Assembly (NCBI GenBank): GCA_963748815.1
Contig: CAVVKJ010000005.1
Location: forward strand, 448,001 to 512,000
Origin: an uncultured Gemmatimonadales bacterium
GTDB lineage: Bacteria; Gemmatimonadota; Gemmatimonadetes; Gemmatimonadales; GWC2-71-9
Length of the DNA stretch: 64,000 bases
Direction: 5' to 3'
This document shows positions 12,952-22,466 of this stretch, in pieces (position 1 is the stretch's first letter; each line of letters opens with the position of its first letter). The notes beneath the pieces were generated by a model. It did not search any database. It was given only the letters and a program-made list of their open reading frames with translations, and was not told the DNA's origin. Both the position numbers and the translations under genes were made by a program.

Positions 12952-13003
12952 CACGAACTCACGAAACCACGAAACCCGCTTCCCCGCTTCCCCGCTTCCC
13001 CGC
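12952..13003. repeat. two abutting octamer tandem repeats
   Basis: CACGAACT CACGAAAC CACGAAAC then CCGCTTCC x3.5. Confidence 0.85.
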
Positions 13004-13015
13004 CATATTGCAGCC

Positions 13016-13774
13016 ATGGCTCTGATCACCCTGCTCACCGACTTCGGCACCGCCGATCCCTACGTGGCTGAAATGCGCGGCGTCCTCTACTCCCGCGCGC
13101 CAGGCGTGACCCTGGCCGACATGAGTCACGGGATTCCGCCGGGCGATGTCAACGCAGCGGCCTACCTCTTCGGGCGCACCTGGCACCGATTCCCCATCGG
13201 CACGATCCATCTCGTGGTCGTCGATCCCGGTGTGGGGACGGGGCGGGCCGCGCTGGCGTTTTCCGGTGCGGGGCACTGGTTTGTCGGGCCCGACAACGGG
13301 GTCTTCACCTCGGCACTGGACCGGGCCGACGCCCCCCTGATGGCGATCTCGGCCGGGCCGGGCGCCGCCCCCACCTTCCACGGCCGCGACCTCTTTTCCC
13401 CGACTGCCGCGGCGCTTGCCCTCGGCGCCCCCCTGGCATCGCTCGGCGAGCCGCTGCCGACCCTCCCGGTGCGGCTGACCCTGCCGGCGCCCTTCTACGA
13501 GGGAAAGACCGTCGTCGGTGAGGTCATTTCTGTCGACCGCTTCGGCAATCTTGTCACCAATCTGACGTCGGCGGAAGTGCCGCCATATGCGGTCGTGGAG
13601 GTGGACGAAACCGAGGTGGGACCGCTCCGCCGCACCTTCAGCGATGTCGACAGTGGATCGCTGCTCGCGTACGTGGGTTCAGGTGGGCAGGTCGAAATTG
13701 CGGTCCGGGACGGCTCCGCCGCACGACGAATCGGGCTTGGGGTGGGTGGGCGGGTGCGTGCCCGCCTCGGGTGA
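13016..13774 (+). CDS. DUF62 / SAM hydrolase (SAM-dependent halogenase superfamily)
   Basis: ITLLTDFG, VVDPGVGTGR, GPDNG, TFHGRDLF, VDRFGN. Confidence 0.9.
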   Translation: MALITLLTDFGTADPYVAEMRGVLYSRAPGVTLADMSHGIPPGDVNAAAYLFGRTWHRFPIGTIHLVVVDPGVGTGRAALAFSGAGHWFVGPDNGVFTSALDRADAPLMAISAGPGAAPTFHGRDLFSPTAAALALGAPLASLGEPLPTLPVRLTLPAPFYEGKTVVGEVISVDRFGNLVTNLTSAEVPPYAVVEVDETEVGPLRRTFSDVDSGSLLAYVGSGGQVEIAVRDGSAARRIGLGVGGRVRARLG

Positions 13775-13779
13775 GGCCG

Positions 13780-14634
13780 TCAGTCCGCCCACTCGACCGT
13801 CACGCCGCCCAGGGACGTGGTCAGGTCGACCGTCAGGTGGCGCTCGGCGCCGGCGTCGTTGTTCGAGACGTACCGATTGCCCTGCCGCGTGAACCCCACG
13901 GGCTGGAATGACGCCAGGAACTGCTCGGTCGTGATGGTCACGCCGATGGTCCGGGGCACGCGGAGCGTCAGCCCTCCGACCGCCACCGTCGCGCTCAGGA
14001 TCGCGTCGCCACTCCAGCGCCCCGAGTAGTCCAGCACCACGCTTCCCATCCCCCCTTCGAACGTCACCCGATCGCACCGGCTGTTCCCCAGCCCGAGCAC
14101 CGAGAGTTCCGCGACGCCAGCGCGCAACACGGCGCTCGTGCACCGCATCGGGTTGGGCTTCGAGAACCGCACCTCGGTCTGGCTCGCGCCGGTCTCGAGG
14201 GTCAGGGACGAGAGGCGGAGTCCGCCGAGATCGATTAGCGACTTGGCCGCGCCAATTTGCATGGATAGGTCGAGGTCGGCCTGGGGGGAAAACTGGATGC
14301 TGGCCACCTGGTTCTGCGCAGTGCCGCCGACCCCGATGCTCCCGCTCTCGCGGTTGGTCAGACCCAGGGTCACCGTGCTGGTGCCCGGGGCCCATTGGCT
14401 GACCGGCTGAAACCGTTCTGCGTCGTAGGAGAGTTGCATCGCATAGAGCGACGCCGGCGCACCGGCGCCCACGGTGAGCGTGCCGCCGCCGAACTCGATC
14501 TTCGCCGCCAGCCTGACCTCGCCGTGAAATTGGCGGGTGGTGCTGAACCGCTTGAGTCCCTGCGCCGCGAGCGAGCCCGTTCCTGCCGTCACAAACGCCA
14601 GCAGCAGGAATCCGGCGGCGTGCGGGTGGCGCAT
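13780..14634 (-). CDS. secreted beta-solenoid protein, LiaF/DUF2154 (toast-rack)-like
   Basis: Signal peptide ending LAAQ; repeated short beta motifs; C-terminal LTVDLTTSLGGVTV; last gene of ECF operon. Confidence 0.6.
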   Translation of the reverse strand: MRHPHAAGFLLLAFVTAGTGSLAAQGLKRFSTTRQFHGEVRLAAKIEFGGGTLTVGAGAPASLYAMQLSYDAERFQPVSQWAPGTSTVTLGLTNRESGSIGVGGTAQNQVASIQFSPQADLDLSMQIGAAKSLIDLGGLRLSSLTLETGASQTEVRFSKPNPMRCTSAVLRAGVAELSVLGLGNSRCDRVTFEGGMGSVVLDYSGRWSGDAILSATVAVGGLTLRVPRTIGVTITTEQFLASFQPVGFTRQGNRYVSNNDAGAERHLTVDLTTSLGGVTVEWAD

Positions 14635-14636
14635 CG

Positions 14637-15842
14637 TCAGCGAACCGGCGGCGGCGTCTTGTGCTGTCCGGGACGCCGGGCGGCAGGCACGCCGAACTGG
14701 GGCGTGGCCCAGAGGTACTCGTCGGTGAGGGTTTCTGGCGGAATGAACCGGCCGGCGAAGTGCCCGGCCAATCCAAGCCGGCTCAGCAGCGCCGCCCCGA
14801 TGCCGACCGTCAGGAGGAACCAGGTGACCACCGCCGCTGCGCCGAGGGAGATCCAGCCGAACACCGGCACCCAGCCAAACGCCGCCCACCCGGCCCACAG
14901 CACGGCGATGCCGGCCAATCCGGTCACGACATAGCGGTAGCTGCTCGGCGAGCCGAACACCCCCTGGGCGAGCCGCCGGCGCGTGTATTTCTCGCCGAGG
15001 GCGTGCGCGACGCCGAGGAATCCCGCGAGCACCGCGAGGAGCACCAGGAGCACCGACGCGATCACGGCGAAGGGAATCAACAGGATGCCAACCACGCTCA
15101 GGATCAGCCCGAGCACCAGGACCCCCACGGTCGGCAGCACGAGAATCTGCGCCAGGACGCCGACGGCAAGGGAGCGGCCGAAGGTGTGGGTGACGGTGTC
15201 GGAGATGATTTCGAGGTTGGGCTTGCCGAAGAGGACGAGGCCGAAGCCGATGCCGAGCAGGGTCAGGAAGACACCGGCCAGGCCGGCGACGTTGCGCAGC
15301 GCCAGCACGAGGGGCGGGGCGGCGGCGACCGACGCGACCGCCGGATTTCCGTCGTCGAGAGCGCCGAGGGTGCTGATCTCTCCGGTGACCTGGCCGCCGG
15401 CCTGGTTCACCTGCCCGCCGTAGGCGAGGACGCTCCCCGACACGAAGGCCCCCGGATGGAGCGTGATGTCGCCATCGACCGTCACGAGGTTGCCCGCGAG
15501 CCTCCCATACAGGTCGGCGTCCCCGCTCAACACAAGGATGTCCCCCTGGTGCGACTCGCCGGAACCGATGGAATAATTCCCGATGCGGGCCATGCCATCG
15601 GTGACCGTCAGGGCGAACCCCGGCGATCGGGAGTCGCGGAGCAGTTGGGCCAGCAGGGGCTCAAGCCGGGAAGGGACGGAGAGGTTGCTGAGTGAAACGG
15701 TGAGGCCGCCTTCTGCGGCGGATGGGACGGTCTGCGGCGCAGGGTGGGCCGCCTGAATTCGGCTCGGTCCCGCGGCGAGCGGGGACGGGCCGATCAGGAG
15801 GAGCAGGCCCGCCGCGACGAGGGAAAGGTCAGATCTCGGCAT
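14637..15842 (-). CDS. membrane protein with N-terminal polymer-forming (bactofilin-like) beta-helix
   Basis: Signal peptide, GDILVLSGDADLYG/GNLVTVDGDITL repeats, then ~5 TM helices. Confidence 0.65.
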   Translation of the reverse strand: MPRSDLSLVAAGLLLLIGPSPLAAGPSRIQAAHPAPQTVPSAAEGGLTVSLSNLSVPSRLEPLLAQLLRDSRSPGFALTVTDGMARIGNYSIGSGESHQGDILVLSGDADLYGRLAGNLVTVDGDITLHPGAFVSGSVLAYGGQVNQAGGQVTGEISTLGALDDGNPAVASVAAAPPLVLALRNVAGLAGVFLTLLGIGFGLVLFGKPNLEIISDTVTHTFGRSLAVGVLAQILVLPTVGVLVLGLILSVVGILLIPFAVIASVLLVLLAVLAGFLGVAHALGEKYTRRRLAQGVFGSPSSYRYVVTGLAGIAVLWAGWAAFGWVPVFGWISLGAAAVVTWFLLTVGIGAALLSRLGLAGHFAGRFIPPETLTDEYLWATPQFGVPAARRPGQHKTPPPVR

Positions 15843-16389
15843 GAGCCACCCGCGGCGTCGGCAGGGCCATCAGGCGTCGGAGCACCAGGACGCCGCCAGC
15901 ATAGGCGACGGTGGTGGCACCGAACACGAGGCCGAGACGGGCGGGCGACTCGAACAGCCCGCGGACCCAGGGGTACCATGGCTGTGCGAGGAGGGTGGAT
16001 CCTGAGGAACGGACCGCCGCCAGCCACAGCCCGCCGATCCCCTGGCCAGCGCCCTGGAGGAGCTGGGAGAGAGTGTCGGCGTTGGCCAGGCTCCACCCCA
16101 CGCTCGCTGCCATCGGCAGGAGCACACCGGCGGCGAGCGCTGCCGCGATGTACACCGGACGGGCCCTGCGCCGCACCTGCACCCGCGCCATGACCCGGTC
16201 GCTGAAGCCAGCAACCGGGCTGAAGAGCGGGAGTGTGCCGAGCAGGTGCGCCAGCGCGCGGTCGGCATCGGCGAGGCGCCGGCAGTCGGCACAGCCGTGC
16301 AGGTGGGCCTCGCGATGGCGCGTGAGGGACCCTGCGAGCCAATCGTCGAGCTCGTCCGGTGTGAGGTGGGTGGCAATGAGGTCCGTCAT
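15829..16389 (-). CDS. zinc-binding (zf-HC2) membrane anti-sigma factor
   Basis: HL...AHLHGCADC (HxxxCxxC) followed by TM segments; directly downstream of ECF sigma. Confidence 0.85.
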   Translation of the reverse strand: MTDLIATHLTPDELDDWLAGSLTRHREAHLHGCADCRRLADADRALAHLLGTLPLFSPVAGFSDRVMARVQVRRRARPVYIAAALAAGVLLPMAASVGWSLANADTLSQLLQGAGQGIGGLWLAAVRSSGSTLLAQPWYPWVRGLFESPARLGLVFGATTVAYAGGVLVLRRLMALPTPRVAHAEI

Positions 16390-16424
16390 GACGCCCCTCC
16401 TACGGGCCCGCCGGGCCCGGGGTT

Positions 16425-17030
16425 TCACTGGCGCAAATGCGCCAGGGCCTGCCTGAGTTCACCGCGTGCGCGGTGGATGTATGTCTTCACGGTGCCCAAC
16501 GGGAGGTCGAGCATTGTGGCGATTTCTTCATACGGCCGCCCTTCCACGTGTCGGAGCAGGATGCAGGAGCGATACTCCGGCCGGAGCGAGGCAATGGCCA
16601 CCTCGATCTCGCCGCCGAGTTCCTTGGCCTCAAGCTCCTCGAGGGCGGTCTCCTGCCGGTCTCCCAGCTGGAGCGCGCTGGCCTGAATCGCCTCCGGGGT
16701 CAGGGCGTGCGGGGAGCCGTCGAGCGAGAGGGTATCCAGCTCCCGGCGACGCAGGTGGTCGATGGAGACGTTGTTGGCGATCTTGAAGATCCAGCTGGAG
16801 AACTTGTACTCGGGGCGATACGACTCGATCGCGTTGAGTGCCTTGACGAAGGTCTCCTGGGAGAGATCCTCCGCCTGCTCGCGATTGCGGACCATGCGGT
16901 AGATGAGGGAAAAGATTGGACGTTCATACCGACGCACCAATTCACGGTACGCCGCTTGTCGCCCGGCGCGTGCTTCCAGCACCACGTCCTGATCGGACAG
17001 GGTTGCCAGGTCGACGCCGGGCTTAGCCAC
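16425..17030 (-). CDS. ECF RNA polymerase sigma factor (SigW/RpoE-like)
   Basis: AEDLSQETFVKA, YKFSSWIFKIANN, YEEIA...LPLGTVKTYIHRAR. Confidence 0.95.
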   Translation of the reverse strand: MAKPGVDLATLSDQDVVLEARAGRQAAYRELVRRYERPIFSLIYRMVRNREQAEDLSQETFVKALNAIESYRPEYKFSSWIFKIANNVSIDHLRRRELDTLSLDGSPHALTPEAIQASALQLGDRQETALEELEAKELGGEIEVAIASLRPEYRSCILLRHVEGRPYEEIATMLDLPLGTVKTYIHRARGELRQALAHLRQ

Positions 17031-17082
17031 GGGTTTCCCTCCGCCTTGCGGTGGGCTTTCCGTGAAGGGTAGATTGGCCGCC

Positions 17083-17109
17083 TATGTTAGCCACAGACAG
17101 GAAGTTACC
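17083..17109 (-). promoter_or_regulatory. possible autoregulatory ECF promoter of the sigma operon
   Basis: GGTAAC-N17-CATA on minus strand, ~50 nt upstream of the sigma start. Confidence 0.45.
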
Positions 17110-17812
17110 AGTATCGGGCGGCGCGGAAAAGCGCTCCTATGTGCGCGGGATGTTTCACGCCATCGCGCCGAGCTACGATTTCCTCAACCATCTCCTCAGC
17201 CTGAACCTCGACAAGCGGTGGCGCCGACAGGCGGTCCAGCGTCTCAATTGGGAACGAGAGCCATCCGGGCGCTACCTCGATCTCTGCGCGGGCACCCTTG
17301 ATCTCGCCGCCACCCTCGCCCGTCTCCCTGATTTCACCGGGGTGGTCATCGGTTCCGACTTCGTCCCCCGTATGCTCCAGCTGGGCCGGGGGAAGGCGGC
17401 GCGGATCGAGTGCGTGACGGCCGACGCACTGGAGCAGCCCCACGCTGACGCCACCTTTGATGGCGCCACGGTCGGGTTCGGCGTCCGCAACCTGATGGAT
17501 CTCGACGCAGGGCTCCGCGAGACCGCCCGCGTCCTCAAGCCCGGCGCCCGGTTCGTCATCCTCGAGATGAGCATTCCCCCGTGGCAACCGCTGCGCGGGC
17601 TCTTCCTGATGTATTTCCGGTACCTGCTCCCCATGATCGGCCGGCTCGTGTCGCACCACTCCAACGCCTACACCTGGCTACCCGAATCGGTCCTCGCCTT
17701 TCCGGAGCCGAAGGCGCTGGGCGAACGGATGGCGCGCGCCGGCTTTCGGGATGTCACCTGGTCGCTGCTCTTTGGCGGCATCTGCGCCCTCCACGTGGGG
17801 ACGCGCGCGTGA
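17084..17812 (+). CDS. menG: demethylmenaquinone methyltransferase, UbiE/MenG family
   Basis: MFHAIAPSYDFLNHLLS, LDLCAGT, GFGVRN, RVLKPG. Confidence 0.88.
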   Translation: MLATDRKLPVSGGAEKRSYVRGMFHAIAPSYDFLNHLLSLNLDKRWRRQAVQRLNWEREPSGRYLDLCAGTLDLAATLARLPDFTGVVIGSDFVPRMLQLGRGKAARIECVTADALEQPHADATFDGATVGFGVRNLMDLDAGLRETARVLKPGARFVILEMSIPPWQPLRGLFLMYFRYLLPMIGRLVSHHSNAYTWLPESVLAFPEPKALGERMARAGFRDVTWSLLFGGICALHVGTRA

Positions 17813-18696
17813 GCGAAGGCCAGACCTTCGCCGGGGAGTCGCTCCTCGTCCGCTACGTCAACTTCGTGAAGTTGCCGCACACCCTCTTCGCGCTCCCGTT
17901 CGCGCTGCTCGGCGTGCTCGCGGCCTCGTTGCAGGCACCGGTGACTTTGCAAGCGGTCGGGCTGGTCGTGGTGGCCTTCACCGCGGCCCGCTGGGTGGCC
18001 ATGGGCTTCAACCGCATCGCCGATCGCGAGTACGACGCGCGGAATCCCCGTACGCAGGACCGGGAACTCCCGCGCGGCGCGCTCTCCGTGCCGCAGGCCT
18101 GGGTCTCGGTGGTGGCCGCCGCGGCGCTGTTCGTCTGGGCGGCGTGGTCCCTCAATCCCCTCTGTTTCTTCCTCAGTCCGTTCGCGCTGCTCTGGGTGAC
18201 GGGATACAGCCTCTCGAAACGATTCACCTGGTGGCCCCACCTCTGGCTCGGCATGAGCCTCGCCATCGCCCCGGTCGGCGGCTGGCTGGCCGTCACCGGT
18301 TCGTGGAGCGATCCGACCTGGTTGCTCCTGTCCATCACGGTGGCGGTGGCGACGTGGGTGGCGGGATTCGACATCTTCTACGCCCTCCCCGACGCCACCT
18401 TCGACCAGGCGAGCGGACTGCGCAGCGCGGTCGTCCGGCTCGGCGAGCCCCGGGCGATCCTCCTGGCCAAACTCCTCCACGGCGCCACGATCCCCGCGCT
18501 GGCCCTCTTCGGATGGGGGGCGGGCTTCGGATGGTGGTACTATGCAGGCGTCGCCGCCGCCGCGGTGATCCTCGCCTACGAACACCAGCTGGTGCAACCC
18601 GGCGATCTCTCGCGGCTCGATGCGGCGTTCTTTCGAATGAACGCGGTGATGTCGGTGACCGTGTTCACGTTCGCCCTACTCGACCGGCTCACGTGA
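17809..18696 (+). CDS. UbiA-family polyprenyltransferase (MqnP-like)
   Basis: KLPHTLFALPF, NRIADREYDARNPRT, GFDIFYA; GTGA overlap with menG. Confidence 0.88.
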   Translation: MSEGQTFAGESLLVRYVNFVKLPHTLFALPFALLGVLAASLQAPVTLQAVGLVVVAFTAARWVAMGFNRIADREYDARNPRTQDRELPRGALSVPQAWVSVVAAAALFVWAAWSLNPLCFFLSPFALLWVTGYSLSKRFTWWPHLWLGMSLAIAPVGGWLAVTGSWSDPTWLLLSITVAVATWVAGFDIFYALPDATFDQASGLRSAVVRLGEPRAILLAKLLHGATIPALALFGWGAGFGWWYYAGVAAAAVILAYEHQLVQPGDLSRLDAAFFRMNAVMSVTVFTFALLDRLT

Positions 18697-18703
18697 GCGC
18701 AGT

Positions 18704-20500
18704 GTGACCACTCCCCGATTTCACGGCCTGCAGGAATTCGTGCGCCACCTCGAGGCGCGCGGCGAGCTGTTGCGCGTCACCGCCGAAGTGGATCCGAAGT
18801 TCGAGGTCGCGGAGATCGTCCAGCGCGTGATCCGGCAGGATGGGCCGGCGCTGCTCTTCGAACGCGTGAAGGGTGCCGATTTCCCACTCGCCATGAACCT
18901 GTACGGTTCCGCTCGCCGGATGGAACTGGCCGTCGGGCGGCCGCCCGAGCAGATCGGGCGGGAACTGATCGAGACCTTTCAGCGGCTCAACCCGCCCTCG
19001 CTCGGCAGGTTCTGGGAGCTCCGCTCCACGCTCCTCAAGGCGCGGTTCATGCGTCCGCGGATGGTGAGCCGCGCGCCGGTGCAGGAGGTCATCGAGGCGC
19101 CGAAGCTCGATCGGCTGCCGAACCTCTGGAGCTGGCCGAGAGACGGCGGACCGTTCATCACCTTCGGGCCAACCATCACGCACAACCCGGCCAACGGAGT
19201 CCGGAACTTCGGCCTCTATCGGCTGCAGGTGTTCGACGAAGCGACCACCGGCATGCATTGGCAGAGCATGAAGGGGGGCCGGGGGCACCACCACGAGGCG
19301 GAGCGCCGCGGTGAGGCGCTGGAGGCCGCGGTTGTTCTCGGCGGCGACCCGATGACGATGCTGTCGGCGATTCTTCCCCTCCCCGAGGACTTCGACGAAC
19401 TGGGCCTGGCGGGGTTTCTCCGGGGGCGCGCCACCGAGTTCGTACGGGGCCGGAGCATCTCCATCCCGGTGCCGGCCAACGCCGACTTCATCCTTGAGGG
19501 AATGGTCCCCGCCGGCGAACGGCGCATGGAGGGGCCCTTCGGTGATCACTACGGGCACTACTCCGAGGCGTCGCCCTTCCCCGTTTTCCACGTCAAGACG
19601 GTGACGCGCCGGCGGGACGCGATCTACCCCGGCGCGGTGGTCGGGAAGCCGCCGCAGGAGGACAAGTGGATCGGCCTGGCCGCGGGCGAGATGATCGGGC
19701 CGCTGATCCGGGTCGTGAACCCAAACGTCGTGGACCTCTTCGCCAGCGACGACGCCGTCTTTCACAACCTCCTCACCGTGTCGGTGAAGGTCCGGCACCC
19801 GCTGGAGTCGTTCAAGACGGCGCTCAACCTCCTCGGGACCGGACAGCTGGCGCTCACCAAGTGCGTCGTGATGGTGCGGGATGACGTGCCGGTGCGGAGC
19901 TTCGGCCGGACGCTTCGGGAACTCTGGCACCGCTTCGACCCACGCGACCGGATGCTGCTGCTGCCGATCGCGCCGCTCGACACCCTCGACTACACCTCGT
20001 TCGAGATGCACGTGGGGAGCAAGCTGGTGCTCGATGCCACCGGCGAGGTGGTGACCGCCGATGCCCCGCCAACCCGCATCGAGGACCCGTCAGCCTTTGA
20101 CCGGCGGGTCGGTGCCCATCGCGTGCTGGACGGCGGCTTCGTCGTGGCCCAGGTCAGGAGTGAGCCGCGCGCCGTGCTCGAGAAGCTCCTCCGCTGGGAG
20201 GGGCTGGGCCCGGCCAAGTTCGTGGTGGCCGTGAGTGAGGATGTGGACCTCAACGACGAGGGAAACATCGTCTGGGGGATCTTCACCCGGTTCGACCCGG
20301 CGCGCGACATGATGTTCGAACGCCAGGAATTCGTCGGCGCCAAGCCGGTGTACGGGGGCCGCATCGCCATCGACGCCACCTGGAAACCCGGCTATCCGCC
20401 GCCGGTGACGATGCCGGAGGAGACCATCCAGCTTGTGGACCGCCGCTGGGGGGAGTACTTCGGGGATCGGCTCGAACGACGGGAACGCGGGAAGTGGTAG
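18704..20500 (+). CDS. UbiD-family prFMN decarboxylase (menaquinone biosynthesis, MqnL-like)
   Basis: GPALLFERV, DGGPFIT, NFGLYRLQ, EGPFGDHYG, GKPPQED, extended C-terminus. Confidence 0.9.
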   Translation: MTTPRFHGLQEFVRHLEARGELLRVTAEVDPKFEVAEIVQRVIRQDGPALLFERVKGADFPLAMNLYGSARRMELAVGRPPEQIGRELIETFQRLNPPSLGRFWELRSTLLKARFMRPRMVSRAPVQEVIEAPKLDRLPNLWSWPRDGGPFITFGPTITHNPANGVRNFGLYRLQVFDEATTGMHWQSMKGGRGHHHEAERRGEALEAAVVLGGDPMTMLSAILPLPEDFDELGLAGFLRGRATEFVRGRSISIPVPANADFILEGMVPAGERRMEGPFGDHYGHYSEASPFPVFHVKTVTRRRDAIYPGAVVGKPPQEDKWIGLAAGEMIGPLIRVVNPNVVDLFASDDAVFHNLLTVSVKVRHPLESFKTALNLLGTGQLALTKCVVMVRDDVPVRSFGRTLRELWHRFDPRDRMLLLPIAPLDTLDYTSFEMHVGSKLVLDATGEVVTADAPPTRIEDPSAFDRRVGAHRVLDGGFVVAQVRSEPRAVLEKLLRWEGLGPAKFVVAVSEDVDLNDEGNIVWGIFTRFDPARDMMFERQEFVGAKPVYGGRIAIDATWKPGYPPPVTMPEETIQLVDRRWGEYFGDRLERRERGKW

Positions 20501-20504
20501 GTTC

Positions 20505-20542
20505 GAGGACTGAGGACTGAGGACTGAGGACTGAGGACTGAG
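20505..20542. repeat. heptamer tandem repeat (GAGGACT)x5
   Basis: Five perfect units plus GAG, starting 4 nt after the UbiD stop. Confidence 0.92.
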
Positions 20543-20555
20543 AATGGAGCATCGC

Positions 20556-20705
20556 ATGAGGGAACGTGAGAGCCTGATTCCCGCGCCCAAGCAGCCCGGG
20601 ATTCCCAAGAAGGGGGCGCCCCCTGTCCAGAAGCGCACTCCGCCGCCGCCGAGGCCGCCTGCTCATCCGGTGCGGTCCCCGACGTCGAATCGGAGAGGCG
20701 GGTGA
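20556..20705 (+). CDS. possible 49-aa Pro-rich basic small protein
   Basis: GGAG RBS, MRERESLIPAPKQPGIPKKG...; stop overlaps ubiX start (GTGA). Confidence 0.4.
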   Translation: MRERESLIPAPKQPGIPKKGAPPVQKRTPPPPRPPAHPVRSPTSNRRGG

Positions 20706-21298
20706 GCCAGCTCCCGATCGTGATGGCGGTGTCCGGCGCGTCGGGGGCCCCCTATGCGGTGCGTCTCCTCGAGGTGCTGGCCACCCGAAAGGTGCCGGTG
20801 TGGCTCATCGTGACGAGTCACGGCCAGCGGTTGCTCGAGGCGGAGTGCGGCATTTCCGACCTCGACGAGCTGCAGCATGCTTCCGGGGGCGACTGGAGCA
20901 GCGTCACGGTGTACCCCGACACCGATCGTGGCGCCAAGCCGGCCTCCGGGTCCGCCAGGTGGGCCGGCATGGTCATCTGTCCCTGCTCCATGGGAACCGT
21001 CTCGGCGATCGCGCAGGGGTCGAGTCGATCGCTGGTGGAGCGCGCCGCGGACGTGGCGCTCAAGGAACGACGCAAGCTCATCGTTGTCCCCCGTGAAACA
21101 CCGCTGTCCTTGATACACCTGCGGAATCTGACCACGCTGACCGAGGCCGGCGGGGTCGTCATCCCTGCGGCACCCGGTTTCTACCACCGCCCGACCGCCA
21201 TCAGCGAGTTGGTGGACTTCATCGTGCAGCGGGTGCTCGACCAGCTGGACCTGGGCATCGACATCGCGCCGCGCTGGGGCGGGGACGAACCGGGCTAG
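20702..21298 (+). CDS. ubiX: flavin prenyltransferase UbiX
   Basis: SGASGAPY, PASGS, PCSMGT, RAADVALKERR, PRETP, PAAPGFYHRP. Confidence 0.93.
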   Translation: MSQLPIVMAVSGASGAPYAVRLLEVLATRKVPVWLIVTSHGQRLLEAECGISDLDELQHASGGDWSSVTVYPDTDRGAKPASGSARWAGMVICPCSMGTVSAIAQGSSRSLVERAADVALKERRKLIVVPRETPLSLIHLRNLTTLTEAGGVVIPAAPGFYHRPTAISELVDFIVQRVLDQLDLGIDIAPRWGGDEPG

Positions 21299-21320
21299 GG
21301 CGCCTGCAGCGAGCTGAATC

Positions 21321-21383
21321 CACGAAAGCACGAAAGCTCGAAAGTACCTCCGAGGCGATTTCGTGCTTTCGTGAATGCTTTTT
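21321..21383. repeat. inverted repeat built from CACGAAAG octamers; possible terminator
   Basis: CACGAAAGCACGAAA (21321-35) pairs with TTTCGTGCTTTCGTG (21359-73), followed by AATGCTTTTT. Confidence 0.75.
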
Positions 21384-21393
21384 GGGGGGACGT

Positions 21394-21885
21394 ATGCGCC
21401 TTGGGATCATCTCGGATACGCACGGGTTGCTCAGACCAGAAGTCTTCGAGGTGTTCCGCGAGGTGGATCACATCCTCCACGCCGGGGACATCGGCCCGCT
21501 CGACATCCTGACCGAGCTGGAGGCGATTGCCCCGGTGACGGCCGTCTACGGCAACACCGATGACTGGGATGTGCGCGCGAAGGTGCCGCAGGTGGCGGAA
21601 CTGGAGCTGGAGGGCATCCGGATCGTGGTGACGCACGGCAATCAGTTCGGGAGCCCCACGCCGGAAGCGTTGAACGCGGCCTTTCCCGACGCCGACGTGC
21701 TCATCTTCGGGCACACCCACCGCCCGCTCCTTGCCACCGTCGACATCACGGTCACGGCCATGAACCCCGGCGGGGCAGGGGCCCGGCGCTTCGACCTTCC
21801 GCCCTCGGTGGGGATCATGGAACTGGAGGCCGGCCTCCCGCCGCGAGCGCGCCTGGTGCCTCTGCTCGCGGCCGGAGATGCCTAG
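21394..21885 (+). CDS. YfcE-like metallophosphoesterase
   Basis: ISDTHG, HAGD, GNTD, THG, GHTH, NPG. Confidence 0.92.
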   Translation: MRLGIISDTHGLLRPEVFEVFREVDHILHAGDIGPLDILTELEAIAPVTAVYGNTDDWDVRAKVPQVAELELEGIRIVVTHGNQFGSPTPEALNAAFPDADVLIFGHTHRPLLATVDITVTAMNPGGAGARRFDLPPSVGIMELEAGLPPRARLVPLLAAGDA

Positions 21886-22386
21886 CTAGTCCTGCTCTGG
21901 ATCGATCGGCGGCGCCTGGCTGGCCGGGTTGATGCCGATGCCCCAAATCTCCCCGTTCACGATGACCCACCGAATCATGATCGGCTCCGGGGACATCGAA
22001 AAGTCCGCCGTGCGCCAGTACTGCGGGTTCCCCTTCCGCATCACCACCATCTCGCCGAGCAGCTTCGTCTCTTCCCCGATCTGGGCCGAGAACTGGTCCC
22101 ATTGGGCGGCCATCGCATCGGGGCTTTCCATGTCGGCGCGGGTCTCTTCGCTCATATGGGCGAACAGGCTGTCGAACCGTGCGGTGTAGAGCCACTCGAT
22201 GTACTTCCTGCCCAGCTCCATCTCGTTGCCCACCCTGGGATGGACCGCGGGGGCCGGGGCCGGGGCCGGGGCCGCGCTGGCGGTGGCACTGGTGGTGGCC
22301 GAGGCGGCCGGGGCTGGGGTCTGGGCCCAGGCGAGGCTGGGCGCGGCCATCAGGGCCGCCGAGAGGAGCGCGTTGCGAACGGACAT
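21886..22386 (-). CDS. hypothetical secreted protein
   Basis: Signal peptide (AWAQ), Ala/Pro linker, small globular domain; AGAGG RBS. Confidence 0.75.
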   Translation of the reverse strand: MSVRNALLSAALMAAPSLAWAQTPAPAASATTSATASAAPAPAPAPAVHPRVGNEMELGRKYIEWLYTARFDSLFAHMSEETRADMESPDAMAAQWDQFSAQIGEETKLLGEMVVMRKGNPQYWRTADFSMSPEPIMIRWVIVNGEIWGIGINPASQAPPIDPEQD

Positions 22387-22420
22387 GGGAACCTCTGTTT
22401 GGGTTGGGTGACCAGCCCAA

Positions 22421-22446
22421 TACGGAGGTGTTTCGAGATAGTTTCA
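22421..22446 (-). promoter_or_regulatory. SigW-type ECF promoter
   Basis: TGAAAC-N16-CGTA, exact match to the B. subtilis SigW consensus, 34 nt upstream of the start codon. Confidence 0.7.
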
Positions 22447-22466
22447 GGATGGAACAGCGTGGCGGC

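Noticed and set aside
13016..13774. Fluorinase/chlorinase
   Set aside because: Retains the Asp-Arg-His motifs (VDPGVGTGR, TFHGRD) of DUF62 SAM hydrolases; no biosynthetic context
20505..20542. Tandem repeats as a CRISPR array
   Set aside because: 7-8 bp units with no spacers; no cas genes
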